From a candidate division WWE3 bacterium (GTDB lineage: Bacteria > Patescibacteriota > WWE3 > JAPLWK01): 64,000 nt of DNA. The translations under genes and the position numbers were made by a program. The notes under the pieces were generated by a model that saw only the letters and a list, made by a program, of their open reading frames with translations, was not told the DNA's origin and did not search any database. Positions 1 through 10,325 of this stretch are shown here, in pieces. Each line of letters opens with the position of its first letter. Within the stretch, counting starts at the first letter, position 1. The stretch spans positions 133,916-197,915 of the forward strand of contig JAPLWK010000010.1 of NCBI GenBank assembly GCA_026396615.1. The letters are read 5' to 3'.

Positions 1-10
1 TAGGCTGAAG

Positions 11-445
11 ATGGATCATATTGCCATCATGAAAAAGGAGTGGGGGCTGCTTCCGAAGATACTATCCGGCGTTAAAACTGTGGAAGCGCGTTGGTACAAG
101 TCTAAAATAGCACCGTGGGGCAAGATCAAAGCCGGTGATACTATATATTTTAAAGATTCTGGCGGCCCGGTTTCCGTTAAAGCTGCAGTTACAAATGTCA
201 CCCAATACGAAATTACAAGTAATCAACAAGCTCTAGAAATAATGAGTCAATATGCCATAGATGACCTAGGGACATCTGAAATTCCAGAATCAGTTAAAAA
301 CTATATAACCGAAAAAAAGTACGCCATTTTCGTCCGTTTTGACCGAGTTGAAAAGATCACTCCCTTTGAGGTTGATAAGACTGGGTTTGGTTTGCAGTGC
401 GTTTGGATGCGTGTTGAGAACATAAAAAACCGCACTAATCTGTAA
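11..445 (+). CDS. ASCH (PUA-like) domain protein
   Basis: 144 aa ORF. The N-terminal pattern (…KKEWGLLPKILSGVKTVEARWYKSK…) resembles ASCH-domain proteins. Call made from memory of the family. Confidence 0.45.
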   Translation: MDHIAIMKKEWGLLPKILSGVKTVEARWYKSKIAPWGKIKAGDTIYFKDSGGPVSVKAAVTNVTQYEITSNQQALEIMSQYAIDDLGTSEIPESVKNYITEKKYAIFVRFDRVEKITPFEVDKTGFGLQCVWMRVENIKNRTNL

Positions 446-470
446 AGATTTCGTGCGGCTTTCTGTTTAG

Positions 471-1112
471 TTACTTAGCTTTTATAGCCTCCTCGTATTT
501 TTGTAATGTCAATTTAGCTTTCTCAACTCCCTCGCGATACACATCCGGCAATCCTTCAGGGTACAGCACGTTTATCCAATTTGGATTGAGCCAACTCAGT
601 TCCAATCGGTCCGCAAAAGCCCCATCGACACGCACCGTTCGTAAATGTCGACCAGTTACCATGTAACCGACCCTCTCGAGAGCTTTTCGTGACGGTATAT
701 TTGGCTCCTTAACTTCTGTTGCAATAGTAGCTCGGTTAAGGGTATAGGCAGCAAAGCCGGTCCTCAGGATATGCGCACCCGAGGCAATACCCTGGTGCCA
801 CAAATCAGTTCTGAAAATAATTATTCCCGATTTACAGCTTTGATAATGATTCACTTCGCCTAAGCTAGTAATACCAACTAACTCATCATTGTCATCTATA
901 GTTATTGCCCAAATGTAGCTTGTTCTATCTATTCGGTTTCGCTCGAACCAATCCATTTCATCCGACTCGGTGAACCCGCCAATTTGCAAGGTAAAACGCT
1001 GTACGATTGGATTACTCATATAATCTGCCACGACACCCATTTCTGTTTTGCGACACGGTCGTAGTTGAATTAAGTGACTAGCGCCATGAATACTCAATTT
1101 TGGACCGAACAT
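471..1112 (-). CDS. GNAT family N-acetyltransferase (RimJ/RimL-like)
   Basis: 213 aa. Size and motifs fit a GNAT fold (…IIFRTDLWHQGIASGA…RKALERVGY…). Confidence 0.55.
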   Translation of the reverse strand: MFGPKLSIHGASHLIQLRPCRKTEMGVVADYMSNPIVQRFTLQIGGFTESDEMDWFERNRIDRTSYIWAITIDDNDELVGITSLGEVNHYQSCKSGIIIFRTDLWHQGIASGAHILRTGFAAYTLNRATIATEVKEPNIPSRKALERVGYMVTGRHLRTVRVDGAFADRLELSWLNPNWINVLYPEGLPDVYREGVEKAKLTLQKYEEAIKAK

Positions 1113-1201
1113 TTTCTTTCTCCCATCTTAATTTGATTTAATCGACCATCAAAGCGACTGAGGTTATATTCGACCCCAAAACGAAGTCCTTAAAAACACT
1201 A

Positions 1202-1222
1202 AAGCCTCCGTTTTGGAGGCTT
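1202..1222 (-). terminator. Putative terminator hairpin for the minus-strand tRNA-Lys/tRNA-Leu transcript
   Basis: AAGCCTCC-gtttt-GGAGGCTT hairpin. On the minus strand it is followed by a U-rich run (tagtgttttt). It lies downstream of tRNA-Leu in the direction of transcription. Confidence 0.35.
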
Positions 1223-1408
1223 ATCTACTGCGGTTTAAATTGTAAATTGTTAAATTAGTAGATAAGCCATAAAGTAGGTAGAACCCATATCACCGCTCGT
1301 ATGAGCGGCGACACAAGGATTAATATTAGTTTGTAATTCGAAACAATAACGGTTCATATAGTCCTGTAGTATACTTTAATAATCTATTTTGTCAACTTTA
1401 AGTTTATA

Positions 1409-1493
1409 TGGTGCGCGGGAGAGGAATCGAACCTCCACACCTTGCGGCATACGCACCTCAAGCGTACGTGTATACCATTTCACCACCCGCGCG
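1409..1493 (-). tRNA. tRNA-Leu (anticodon GAG)
   Basis: The reverse complement folds as a type-II tRNA with a long variable arm. Acceptor GCGCGGG/CCCGCGC, anticodon loop TTGAGGT, T-arm GGTTCGATTCC, 3' CCA encoded. Confidence 0.85.
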
Positions 1494-1602
1494 TGTTCTC
1501 TTATATAAATTTATACATCAAAGTATGACTACTTCGTAGTCATGTATTTACCGTGGCGATAAATATAGCGCGTCTGCCATTTCGCCACCTCGGCTTGCTG
1601 TT

Positions 1603-1677
1603 TGGTGACCTCGGTGAGATTCGAACTCACGACGACTTCCTTAAAAGGGAAGTGCTCTACCACTGAGCTACGAGGCC
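1603..1677 (-). tRNA. tRNA-Lys (anticodon UUU)
   Basis: Reverse complement is GGCCTCGTAGCTCAGTGGTAGAGCACTTCCCTTTTAAGGAAG…GTTCGAATC…CCA. Anticodon stem CTTCC/GGAAG, loop CTTTTAA. Confidence 0.85.
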
Positions 1678-1802
1678 AAGTATGGCCATTCTATCGCCTT
1701 AACCTGATTTTAACAACTAGTATTAGGCCTGTTTTTGCGATAAAATGCCAATCGCGACCGATTAAATGATAAATGTTTAATGGTCAATGATCAATTCCAC
1801 TT

Positions 1803-1879
1803 GACCCCATCGTCTAGTGGCCTAGGATATCTGGTTTTCATCCAGGAGATCGCGGGTTCGAATCCCGCTGGGGTCACCA
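1803..1879 (+). tRNA. tRNA-Glu (anticodon UUC)
   Basis: GACCCCATCGTCTAGTGGCCTAGGATATCTGGTTTTCATCCAGGAG…GCGGGTTCGAATCCCGC…CCA. Cloverleaf with anticodon loop TTTTCAT. Confidence 0.85.
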
Positions 1880-1925
1880 CGTAAAGATCCTGACGAGTGG
1901 CCATCACAAGTCTAGAGATTTACAT

Positions 1926-1957
1926 TGTCACGTTTACCTTCTAGGCATTACGTGACA
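1926..1957. promoter_or_regulatory. Inverted repeat TGTCACGT-N16-ACGTGACA upstream of the response-regulator gene; putative operator
   Basis: Perfect 8-bp arms read directly. A possible TTGCAT-17-CATAAT promoter (about 2003-2031) ends only ~5 nt before the ATG, which would make the mRNA leaderless. Confidence 0.3.
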
Positions 1958-2035
1958 GTAAAGAAAGATCTAACGTGGCACAGCCATTAAGACTAAGCTG
2001 TTGCATTTTGGAAAATACGTGGCCATAATACTCGC

Positions 2036-2416
2036 ATGGCTAAAGTCTTAATCGTTGAAGACGATTTAAATTTATATACCCTTTACCAAACTGAATTTGA
2101 GTTTTCCGGGCACGCTACCATTAATAATAACACTGGTGACGGTGTAAACGAGCTTATAAAGAAGGAACATCCCGACATTGTCCTCTTAGACATTATGCTT
2201 CCCAAAAAAGATGGTTTAACTATCTTATCTGAAATTAAAGCCGATCAAGAAATTAAGGACACTCCGGCGATAATGCTCACTAATTTTGGTAACGAAGAAA
2301 ATGTTAAAAAAGCCATTGATACCGGAGCGGAAGATTTTATTTTAAAATTTAAATCAGTGCCGTCAGAAGTAGTTGCTAAAGTAGAAGAGATCATAAAGCG
2401 AAAGGCGGCTAAATAA
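2036..2416 (+). CDS. Standalone response-regulator receiver domain (CheY-like)
   Basis: 126 aa. Acidic pocket (VEDD…), phospho-acceptor (LLDIMLP) and conserved K (LTNFG…K) are present. No output domain. Confidence 0.7.
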   Translation: MAKVLIVEDDLNLYTLYQTEFEFSGHATINNNTGDGVNELIKKEHPDIVLLDIMLPKKDGLTILSEIKADQEIKDTPAIMLTNFGNEENVKKAIDTGAEDFILKFKSVPSEVVAKVEEIIKRKAAK

Positions 2417-2419
2417 GTT

Positions 2420-2704
2420 ATGGGTGGACTTGACGATTATAAAAAAGTAATGAGTGAGATTATTCAGCGCCAAATGGTCATTTTGGGGCCGGATATTTCT
2501 TTACTTAAGGCGCGAAATGTTGAAGGATTAGCGGTAGGCAGTGATGGTTTTGTGACTAACGTTGGCGGCGATCCCTCGGAAACGCTACAAAAATTAATTG
2601 ATGAGTACGTAGCCTTATCCGGTTTAATTGTTAAAAAAGCCATGGAGCCGTTACTTAAAAAATACCCTAATTTAGCGGTCGCGTCAGGTGTTTTAGCAAA
2701 GTAA
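2420..2704 (+). CDS. Hypothetical protein
   Basis: 94 aa ORF packed tightly between the receiver gene and the membrane-protein gene. No recognisable domain. Confidence 0.4.
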   Translation: MGGLDDYKKVMSEIIQRQMVILGPDISLLKARNVEGLAVGSDGFVTNVGGDPSETLQKLIDEYVALSGLIVKKAMEPLLKKYPNLAVASGVLAK

Positions 2705-2707
2705 TTT

Positions 2708-3022
2708 ATGCTAGGTAGATTAATTTTAACTTACAGCGGGCCGATGATAGGCAGTAGCATGCTTTACGTGGCTATTAATTTAGTTGTTTTTTTATTAACC
2801 TTGCTTTTGGTCCTGCGGATTGGGACTGGAAAAATTGCTCAGCCACTTTTAATCATTAGCTTTGGTTTTTTAGTTTCAGCGATTTTGCCTCTTATTTGGG
2901 GGAGTCAAGTTTTATGGGTGGTTCCAATTGTCCAAAGTATTTTTGGCCTTCTTGGTATGCTCATGTTCATGCAAATTTTAGGGGTTTTTGTGCTCCTCTC
3001 CGTAAAGCCAGAACAGAAGTGA
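2708..3022 (+). CDS. Hypothetical small membrane protein
   Basis: 104 aa with three hydrophobic segments. Lies in the same operon as the kinase. Confidence 0.4.
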   Translation: MLGRLILTYSGPMIGSSMLYVAINLVVFLLTLLLVLRIGTGKIAQPLLIISFGFLVSAILPLIWGSQVLWVVPIVQSIFGLLGMLMFMQILGVFVLLSVKPEQK

Positions 3023-3038
3023 TGTTTTTCATTAATAC

Positions 3039-4718
3039 ATGCTGCCCGTTTTCGTAATCGCCTTTTTAATACTGCTCGTTATTATATTATTCGTAGTTTT
3101 CTTAATTTCTCAAAGAAAATATTATAATTTAGATCAAGCTGTAAAAATTCACAGTGTACAATTAAATCGTAAACTTTATGAAAATGCGATTCTCGCAGAG
3201 ATCGGCGATCGGATTGGCTACTCTTTAAATGTTACTAAAATCGCGGAAATTATTACCGGTTCCCTTTCCAACCTAGTTCCATTTTCGACCACTTCTTACC
3301 TAATTATCGAAAGTGACCGATTGCTACTGCGCACTAACCTGCGGGAATCAGTTTCGGAAGCCTTTATTAAGGAGGTAAAGAAACGTATGTTGGCGTCCCT
3401 TATCGCTCTATCGGTTGTTGACTACACCAAATTTAAAGTTGACGAGGGGACTTTTGGTTCTTTAACCTCCGAAACCAATAAAAACAAGATTGGCTCTTTT
3501 TTTAACATTCCGTTAGTAATAAATGACAAGTTAACCGGAATTATAAATATTGCTTCTACCAATGTTGGTTTGTACCAAGAAGCGGATATTAATGTTTTAT
3601 ATAAAATTGCCGCTAAAGCCTCGGATGCCGTTTCTCGCTTACAAACAGTCATTGAAACGGAGAAAGGGAAGTTGGAAATGATGGTGGAAAGTTTGGCTGA
3701 TGGTGTAATGATGCTTAATAATTTCACACGTTTAATGATTATTAACCCTGCCGCCAAAACATTTTTAGGGATTACTGCCGATACCGTCGATTTAATAGAT
3801 GTAGTAACGATTATAGAAAGGTCCACCCCCTTGATGGCCCAAATTAAGGAGGTTACCGCGACTTTAAAAACAATTAAGGTTTCACAATTTCTTCTGAATG
3901 AGCGTTTTTTAGAATTAATTATTTCTCCGGTTTTAGACCAATCCGGTCTTTTAGGGATTGCCATTATAATCCGTGATCGGACTTCGGAACGGACTTTAGA
4001 GCGACTGCGTGATGATTTTACGGCGATGATGGTTCATGAGTTGCGAACCCCTTTGAGTGTTATGTATGGCACCAGCGACTTACTTTTAAAAAGAATTACG
4101 CAACTGAATCCTGCTAAAACTACAGAATTACTTGGTAATATTAAAGATTCCAGCCATTATCTTTTAGACATGGTTAATGATATTTTAGATGCGGCTAAAA
4201 TTGAAGCCGGTAAATTTAAAGTCGTCCCAATATCCGGGGATTTAAGAACGATATTAGTTGATGAGACTCAATATTTTGAAAATGTAGCTTCTCAAAAAGG
4301 CTTAACGATCAAAATCGACGTTACCGATAATTTACCACCGGTACTTTTTGATAAATCTAGGATTATTCAGGTCCTAAATAATCTAATAAGTAACGCCGTT
4401 AAGTTTACAATAAAAGGATCAGTTACTTTGGGGGCTACTATTATCGTTGGCGAAAATATGGCTAAAATATCGGTGAGCGATACCGGGGTGGGGATAGATA
4501 AAGAGGCACAACTAAGGCTTTTTAATAAATTCGAGCAATTACGAAACACGGTCGACCCTAATTCTAAAGGAACCGGTCTCGGGCTTGTTATAGCCAAAGG
4601 AATTGTGGAAGCTCACGGCGGTAAGATTTGGTTGGAAAGTTTGGAGGGTCACGGCACAACGTTCTTTTTTACTCTGCCTTTGGCAGTAGATCAAGTATCG
4701 GCGTTAAAAAACAACTAA
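3039..4718 (+). CDS. Sensor histidine kinase (N-terminal TM, PAS-like region, HisKA, HATPase_c)
   Basis: H-box MMVHELRTPLS; N-box LNNLISNAVKF; G-boxes DTGVGI and GTGLGL…GGKIWLES. Confidence 0.75.
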   Translation: MLPVFVIAFLILLVIILFVVFLISQRKYYNLDQAVKIHSVQLNRKLYENAILAEIGDRIGYSLNVTKIAEIITGSLSNLVPFSTTSYLIIESDRLLLRTNLRESVSEAFIKEVKKRMLASLIALSVVDYTKFKVDEGTFGSLTSETNKNKIGSFFNIPLVINDKLTGIINIASTNVGLYQEADINVLYKIAAKASDAVSRLQTVIETEKGKLEMMVESLADGVMMLNNFTRLMIINPAAKTFLGITADTVDLIDVVTIIERSTPLMAQIKEVTATLKTIKVSQFLLNERFLELIISPVLDQSGLLGIAIIIRDRTSERTLERLRDDFTAMMVHELRTPLSVMYGTSDLLLKRITQLNPAKTTELLGNIKDSSHYLLDMVNDILDAAKIEAGKFKVVPISGDLRTILVDETQYFENVASQKGLTIKIDVTDNLPPVLFDKSRIIQVLNNLISNAVKFTIKGSVTLGATIIVGENMAKISVSDTGVGIDKEAQLRLFNKFEQLRNTVDPNSKGTGLGLVIAKGIVEAHGGKIWLESLEGHGTTFFFTLPLAVDQVSALKNN

Positions 4719-4821
4719 ATTAAGACTATTGAGACCATTACGACCATTAAGATTATTTATCGCTCTTCGAAACCGCTAAATGATCTTAATAGCATTAATA
4801 GACTTAATCGGTCAATAGCGT

Positions 4822-6201
4822 ATGAACCCTTTTATTTTTAGAAAAGATGATATTCGCGGAATTGTTGGTAGTGATTGGTCCTACAATGACGCCTTAGAGA
4901 TTGGCAAAGCTTGGGGAACCTGGCTGCGGAAACACAATGTTAAGCAGTGTCTTTTAGGTCGAGATAATCGATTAACCAGTGAAAAAATTGCTCAAAATAT
5001 AGCTTCCGGTATGGTCGAAACGGGAATTGACGTTGTCGATTTTGGTTTAGCCACTACCCCAATGATTTACTGGTCGCGTTACCGATTTGGTTTTGGAAAA
5101 GTAGGAAGTGTGGAAATAACCGGCTCTCATAATCCGCCGGAGTATAACGGTTTGAAGCCTTGTTTTAACGATGCTACGACTATTACTGGTGATGATATTC
5201 AAGAATTACGTCGCACGCTTGATAAGCGTTCTTATATTGTTGGCGAGGGCAGTCTTAAAAAAGCGGATATCTCCTTGGAATATCTGGCAGACATAAAAGC
5301 CAGTTTGCTTAAAGTTGATTTAAAGCCGATTAGAAAGCTAAAGGTTGTCATGGACAGCGGGAACGCTCTTGGTGGTTACTTCGCGGCGCCGCTGTATCGA
5401 GATTTGGGACACGAAGTCATTGAAATTCACAGTCGACTGGACGGCACTTTTCCGAATCACATTCCCGATCCTTCAGTTGGTTTTAATCTTATGGAACTGC
5501 TAGAGAAAGTACGGACTAATAAGGCCGATATTGGAATTTCTTATGATGGCGATGTGGATCGCCTTAATGTAATCGATGAAACCGGTTACGTGGTGTGGGC
5601 TGACGGAATATTGGCTTTGTTGTCACGTTACTTTTTAAAATTATCTAAAAACGAGCCCATACTCTATAACACTCAATGTTCGCCGGGACTGGAAGAAGAT
5701 ATTATCGCGAACGGTGGTAAACCGGTCTGTGTACCAACGGGTCACGCCATTGTGTCGGACTATTTAAAGCGCTATCAAGGGAAGTTGGCCGGTGAATATA
5801 AAGGTCATATCTACATTGCTGATCATTATTACGGTTTTGATGATGCCATTTATGCCGGAGCCCGGGTACTTCAGCTTCTCGCGGCTTCAGATCTCCCTTT
5901 GTCGAAGTTGCTTGGCGGTGTTCCCTTTTACAAAGCCACCGGTGAAATCGCGATTCCCACCTCCGATGAGCAGAAATTTGTAACTATGAAAAAATTGGCC
6001 GAGTTTTTTAAAGATAAATATTTCGTGGCTGATTACGAAGGTGATTTACGGATAAAATTTGGAGCGGATTTGACCGATACCTGGGGGATGATTCGCAAAA
6101 GCGATACCATGCCAAAACTTGAGGTTTACGTATGGAGTAAAACCGATGAGAATTTAACCGCGGCTCGCGATATTATGGTAGAACAGGTTAATAAGTATTA
6201 A
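4822..6201 (+). CDS. Phosphomannomutase/phosphoglucomutase (alpha-D-phosphohexomutase family)
   Basis: Active-site TGSHNPPEYNG and the metal-binding loop DGDVDR are present. 459 aa. Confidence 0.75.
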   Translation: MNPFIFRKDDIRGIVGSDWSYNDALEIGKAWGTWLRKHNVKQCLLGRDNRLTSEKIAQNIASGMVETGIDVVDFGLATTPMIYWSRYRFGFGKVGSVEITGSHNPPEYNGLKPCFNDATTITGDDIQELRRTLDKRSYIVGEGSLKKADISLEYLADIKASLLKVDLKPIRKLKVVMDSGNALGGYFAAPLYRDLGHEVIEIHSRLDGTFPNHIPDPSVGFNLMELLEKVRTNKADIGISYDGDVDRLNVIDETGYVVWADGILALLSRYFLKLSKNEPILYNTQCSPGLEEDIIANGGKPVCVPTGHAIVSDYLKRYQGKLAGEYKGHIYIADHYYGFDDAIYAGARVLQLLAASDLPLSKLLGGVPFYKATGEIAIPTSDEQKFVTMKKLAEFFKDKYFVADYEGDLRIKFGADLTDTWGMIRKSDTMPKLEVYVWSKTDENLTAARDIMVEQVNKY

Positions 6202-6938
6202 TGATTACTTCAACTAAACATCTATTAACTAAACGCATGGCAGTGGCCGCTTTTAATTTTGGCACTTTAGATATTGCTCAGTCTATTTTGGCCGGAGCAA
6301 CGAGTCTTGCGGAGCCTTTCATCTTTGAGCTAAACGCTAAAGAAGCCGATTTTATAGGGATTGGAACGGCCTTTGTCATTGCGGAATCATTCTCTAAAAA
6401 CAGTTTAGTCGATTTCTCGTTGCATCTTGATCATTGTTCCGACGTCGATACGGTCTTAAAAGCGGCGGCGGCCGGTTTTACCTCCGGGCTAATCGATATC
6501 TCAGAAATGCAGGTCGAAACAGGTTTTAGGTTGGTAGCAAAACTTAAAGAAAAATTACCTAAAGATTTTTTGCTGGAGGTAACCGTAAGTAGTCCCAGTC
6601 AGGCCTTACATCTAGATGAACTGGGGGCGAATCTTTTGGCGGTTGAGAAAGATAATTTTTGCGATTTGTCACTTCTTAAGTCAGTTCGAAGGATCACCAA
6701 TTTACCTTTAGTAATGCATGGCGGATCCAGTCGGTCTATGAATGAAATTCAAGAGGCTATTCGTTTAGGGGTAGTTAAAATAAACATGAATACCTGCCTT
6801 CGTAAAGCTTGGCGAGAGGGTTTGGAAAGTACTTTTAAAGAGAATTCAGACATGTTACAGTCTTATGAGTTATTGAAGAAGTCTAAAGAACTAGTTAAGC
6901 AGGTAGTTATAGAAAAGATACGATATGTCTGCCCATAA
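6201..6938 (+). CDS. fba: Class II (ketose-bisphosphate) aldolase family protein
   Basis: LHLDHC and LVMHGGSS motifs match the class II FBA/tagatose-bisphosphate aldolase family. 245 aa. Confidence 0.55.
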   Translation: MITSTKHLLTKRMAVAAFNFGTLDIAQSILAGATSLAEPFIFELNAKEADFIGIGTAFVIAESFSKNSLVDFSLHLDHCSDVDTVLKAAAAGFTSGLIDISEMQVETGFRLVAKLKEKLPKDFLLEVTVSSPSQALHLDELGANLLAVEKDNFCDLSLLKSVRRITNLPLVMHGGSSRSMNEIQEAIRLGVVKINMNTCLRKAWREGLESTFKENSDMLQSYELLKKSKELVKQVVIEKIRYVCP

Positions 6939-9204
6939 GTATAAATACATAAAATGGTTTTCGGAGCTCCATCGCACCGACACCGATATTGCCGGTGGTA
7001 AGGGAGCCAATCTGGGGGAATTGGTGAACGCCGGCATTCCGGTACTACCTGGTTTTGTAGTGACAGTTAACGCCTACTTTGACTTTTTAGATAAAACTTC
7101 GCTTAAACAAAAAATAAAAACTGAACTCAAAGATTTAGACTACGAAGATTCTAAGGCTTTACAGAGCGCTTCAGCCCGGATTCGGAAAGCCTTTTTAGCC
7201 TCAGAGCTGCCGGAAGATATTAAGACGGATGTTACAGCAGCTTATCGGGAACTCTGTGGCAATCATGATCAGCAAGTGGCCGTTCGGTCCTCGGCGACGG
7301 CTGAAGATCTGCCGGATGCTTCATTTGCCGGGCAGCAGGAAACTTTTTTAAATACTCAAGGAGAAAAGCAAGTTCTAGAAAATTTACTACGTTGTTACGC
7401 CTCACTTTTTGAAGCCCGGGCTATTTATTATCGTAACACCGAAAAATACGATCATTTTAAAGTTGGTCTCGCCTCGCCGATTCAAATCATGGGCAAGTTT
7501 GAAGTGGCGGGAATCATGTTTACTGCCAATCCACTTACTTCCGATGAATCCCAAATTGACATTGAAGCGGCTTATGGGCTGGCGGAGCCGGTTGTACTAG
7601 GGGAACTAACTCCCGATCAATATTTGATTAAAAAAGCCCCTTTAAAAATAATTGATAAAAAAATAATTCGTCAGGAGTGGCAACGGGCCTACTCAGGGCG
7701 TCTTAAAGTTTCTAAAGATTACCAAAAACGTCAGAAATTACCGGATGCCAAGATTTTAGAGCTGGCGGCAATAGGTCTGCTGATTAACGAGCATTACGGG
7801 CATCCGCAGGACACAGAATGGGGCATGCAGTCTGGAAAGTTATTTTTAGTGCAGTCTCGTCCCATCACCACTTTACTAAAAACCAAAGATGCCCTTGATA
7901 ATCCCGAAAAGATTGACGATAGCGCAGTGGTTATTTTAACCGGGTCAGCTGCCAGTCCGGGAGTGGGTTCCGGGAAAGTGCGAATTCTTAAAAATGCCAG
8001 CGAAATTAATAAGCTAAAAGATGGCGAGGTACTGGTAACAAAAATGACTGATCCGGATTACGTTCCGGCCATGAAACGAGCTTCAGCGATTGTTACCGAC
8101 GAAGGTGGCCGCACTTCACATGCGGCGATTGTCTCTCGAGAACTCGGAGTTCCTTGTGTTGTTGGAACTAATGAAGCCACTAAAATGCTACGGACGGGCG
8201 AGGAAATTACCGTTGATGGCGCTTCCGGAAAAATTTATCAGGGAATTTATCAAATCAAAGAGAGTATTAATTTAAGTCGCTATGATGATCCGACTAATAT
8301 TAAGACGGCTACTAAGGTCTATGTCGACCTGTCAGTTCCGGAACTGGCTGCCGAAGTCTCTCAGCGTTACGTCGACGGAGTGGGTTTAATGAGGGCTGAA
8401 TTTATTATTGCTCAAGTAATTGGAGAGCATCCCAAAGCGATGTTGTCGGCCGGTCGCGGTCGCGAGTTCACTGATAAGCTGGCCACAGGGATTGAAACTT
8501 TTGCCAAAGCCTTTAATCCCCGTCAGATCGTTTATCGCGCGACAGACTTCAAAACAAACGAGTACAGGAGTCTCAAAGGCGGCGCCAAATACGAACAAGA
8601 AGAACAAAATCCGTTGATGGGCTATCGTGGGGTGAGTCGCTACATCGCCGATTCTGCTGTCTTCGAGCTGGAACTTAAGGCTCTCGATAAAGTCCGTAAC
8701 AAAATGGGTTATAAAAACGTCCATTTAATGTTGCCGTTTGTGCGAACGGTAAAAGAGTTGCAAGAGGTTAAAAAGATCGTTTCGGCCTTTGGTTTGCATC
8801 GCAGTGCTAATTTTAAATTGTGGATTATGGTGGAAGTGCCGTCAGCCGTAGTGATGCTAGATGAAATGCTGGATTGCGGAGTGGATGGCGTGTCGGTCGG
8901 GACCAATGATTTAACAATGCTAATGCTGGGTTGTGATCGAGATAATGACAAAGTGGCTAATATTTACGACGAGCGACATCCGGCGGTAATGTGGGCCTTG
9001 GAAAAAATCGTTAAAACCTGTGCTAAGCACGGGGTGACCAGTAGCATTTGCGGTCAAGCACCCTCTGACTATCCCGAAATCACTCGGAAGTTAGTGGAAT
9101 GGGGAATCACTTCAGTTTCTATTAACGTCGACGTCATCGAGAAGACTAGGCAGATTGTGCATGACGCCGAGTTAGATTTGGCCCATAAGCGTTCGCGTAA
9201 ATGA
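6925..9204 (+). CDS. ppsA: Phosphoenolpyruvate synthase (pyruvate, water dikinase)
   Basis: 759 aa. N-terminal PEP/pyruvate-binding domain, phospho-histidine motif GGRTSHAAIVSRELGVPCVVG, C-terminal PEP-utilising TIM-barrel domain. Confidence 0.75.
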   Translation: MSAHKYKYIKWFSELHRTDTDIAGGKGANLGELVNAGIPVLPGFVVTVNAYFDFLDKTSLKQKIKTELKDLDYEDSKALQSASARIRKAFLASELPEDIKTDVTAAYRELCGNHDQQVAVRSSATAEDLPDASFAGQQETFLNTQGEKQVLENLLRCYASLFEARAIYYRNTEKYDHFKVGLASPIQIMGKFEVAGIMFTANPLTSDESQIDIEAAYGLAEPVVLGELTPDQYLIKKAPLKIIDKKIIRQEWQRAYSGRLKVSKDYQKRQKLPDAKILELAAIGLLINEHYGHPQDTEWGMQSGKLFLVQSRPITTLLKTKDALDNPEKIDDSAVVILTGSAASPGVGSGKVRILKNASEINKLKDGEVLVTKMTDPDYVPAMKRASAIVTDEGGRTSHAAIVSRELGVPCVVGTNEATKMLRTGEEITVDGASGKIYQGIYQIKESINLSRYDDPTNIKTATKVYVDLSVPELAAEVSQRYVDGVGLMRAEFIIAQVIGEHPKAMLSAGRGREFTDKLATGIETFAKAFNPRQIVYRATDFKTNEYRSLKGGAKYEQEEQNPLMGYRGVSRYIADSAVFELELKALDKVRNKMGYKNVHLMLPFVRTVKELQEVKKIVSAFGLHRSANFKLWIMVEVPSAVVMLDEMLDCGVDGVSVGTNDLTMLMLGCDRDNDKVANIYDERHPAVMWALEKIVKTCAKHGVTSSICGQAPSDYPEITRKLVEWGITSVSINVDVIEKTRQIVHDAELDLAHKRSRK

Positions 9205-10325
9205 ATATGAAAATTACAGATATTTCGGCCAGAAAAATACTCGCTTCTAAAGGCGACTGGACAATTGAGACGACTCTCGTCCTTGAGGATGGGTCATACG
9301 GGATTGCTTCGGTGCCGGCGGGAATTTCTACCGGTAAAGCGGAGGCGAAGACGTTAGAAGTGGGCGATTCGGTCATTCTCACCAATGATTCCTTGTCGAA
9401 GGAGTTAATAGACAAGGATTTTGCGACACTTAAAGATTTCGATTCAGCTTTAATTGCGCTTGACGGGACGCCGGATAAATCAAAACTCGGTGGTAACACA
9501 ACACTGTCATTGTCCCTAGCTTTTGCCAAGGCGTCGGCGATGTTTAAAGATGAGTCACCTCTTTATATTTATTTAAGTGATATTATTGGGTCAAAATATT
9601 TGAAAATTCCAGAATTGCTAGTCTTGATGTTTGAAGGTGGGATGCACGCTCGTAGTTTGTTGTCGATTCAAGAGTTTATGGTCCATTGTAAAACAGTTGA
9701 GGATGGTCTTAAGTCGTATCAAAGGGTCAACGACGCCATGAATACTCGTAATTTGCCAACGACCGTTGGGTTTGAAGGGGCTTTTTCACCGCCAAATTTT
9801 ACCAATGAAAATGCTTTAGATTTATTGTCGAGCTTATTCGGTCCCGGATCAATCAGTCTTGATGTGGCCGATTCTTACACCAATGGCGCGCCGCTTGATT
9901 TTGAAGATATTATTTCTAAATACGCGCCACTATCGATTGAGGATCCGTTTGATGAAGAGGCTTGGGATTCCTGGGAAGTTTTTAATAAAAATAATTCTTC
10001 AAAAACACTCGTTGTTGCTGATGACCTGGTCGTCACTAATAAAATTAGACTTCAGAAGGTAATCGAAAAGCATGCGGCCGGGGCAGTGGTCGTGAAAGCT
10101 AATCAAATCGGGACACTGAGCGAGACTCTAGAATTTGTTCAACTGGCTCGTCAAGCGAAACTTAAAATTATCGTCTCCCATCGCGGCGAAGAAACGACTG
10201 ATGATTGGCTGGCGGATTTAGCGGTCGCGGTCGGCGCTGATTATGTTAAGTTTGGTGGGTTTGCCAGAGGAGAACGAATATCTAAATATAACCGACTCCT
10301 CCAAATTATTGATGACTTACGGTAG
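9201..10325 (+). CDS. eno: Enolase (short form)
   Basis: N-terminal …ARKILASKGDWTIETTLVLEDGSYGIASVPAGISTG… and C-terminal SHRGEETTDDWLADLAVAVGADYVKFGG… resemble enolase signatures. At 374 aa it is shorter than typical. Confidence 0.65.
   Translation: MNMKITDISARKILASKGDWTIETTLVLEDGSYGIASVPAGISTGKAEAKTLEVGDSVILTNDSLSKELIDKDFATLKDFDSALIALDGTPDKSKLGGNTTLSLSLAFAKASAMFKDESPLYIYLSDIIGSKYLKIPELLVLMFEGGMHARSLLSIQEFMVHCKTVEDGLKSYQRVNDAMNTRNLPTTVGFEGAFSPPNFTNENALDLLSSLFGPGSISLDVADSYTNGAPLDFEDIISKYAPLSIEDPFDEEAWDSWEVFNKNNSSKTLVVADDLVVTNKIRLQKVIEKHAAGAVVVKANQIGTLSETLEFVQLARQAKLKIIVSHRGEETTDDWLADLAVAVGADYVKFGGFARGERISKYNRLLQIIDDLR

Noticed and set aside
3422-4597. Minus-strand ORFs (180 aa and 76 aa) inside the histidine-kinase gene
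   Set aside because: They are entirely antisense to a well-supported CDS with clear kinase motifs and have no domain signal. This is typical of shadow ORFs.
9146-10062. ORFs 9146-9529 (minus) and 9859-10062 (plus) within the enolase gene
   Set aside because: They are shadow ORFs inside a CDS with strong family signatures.
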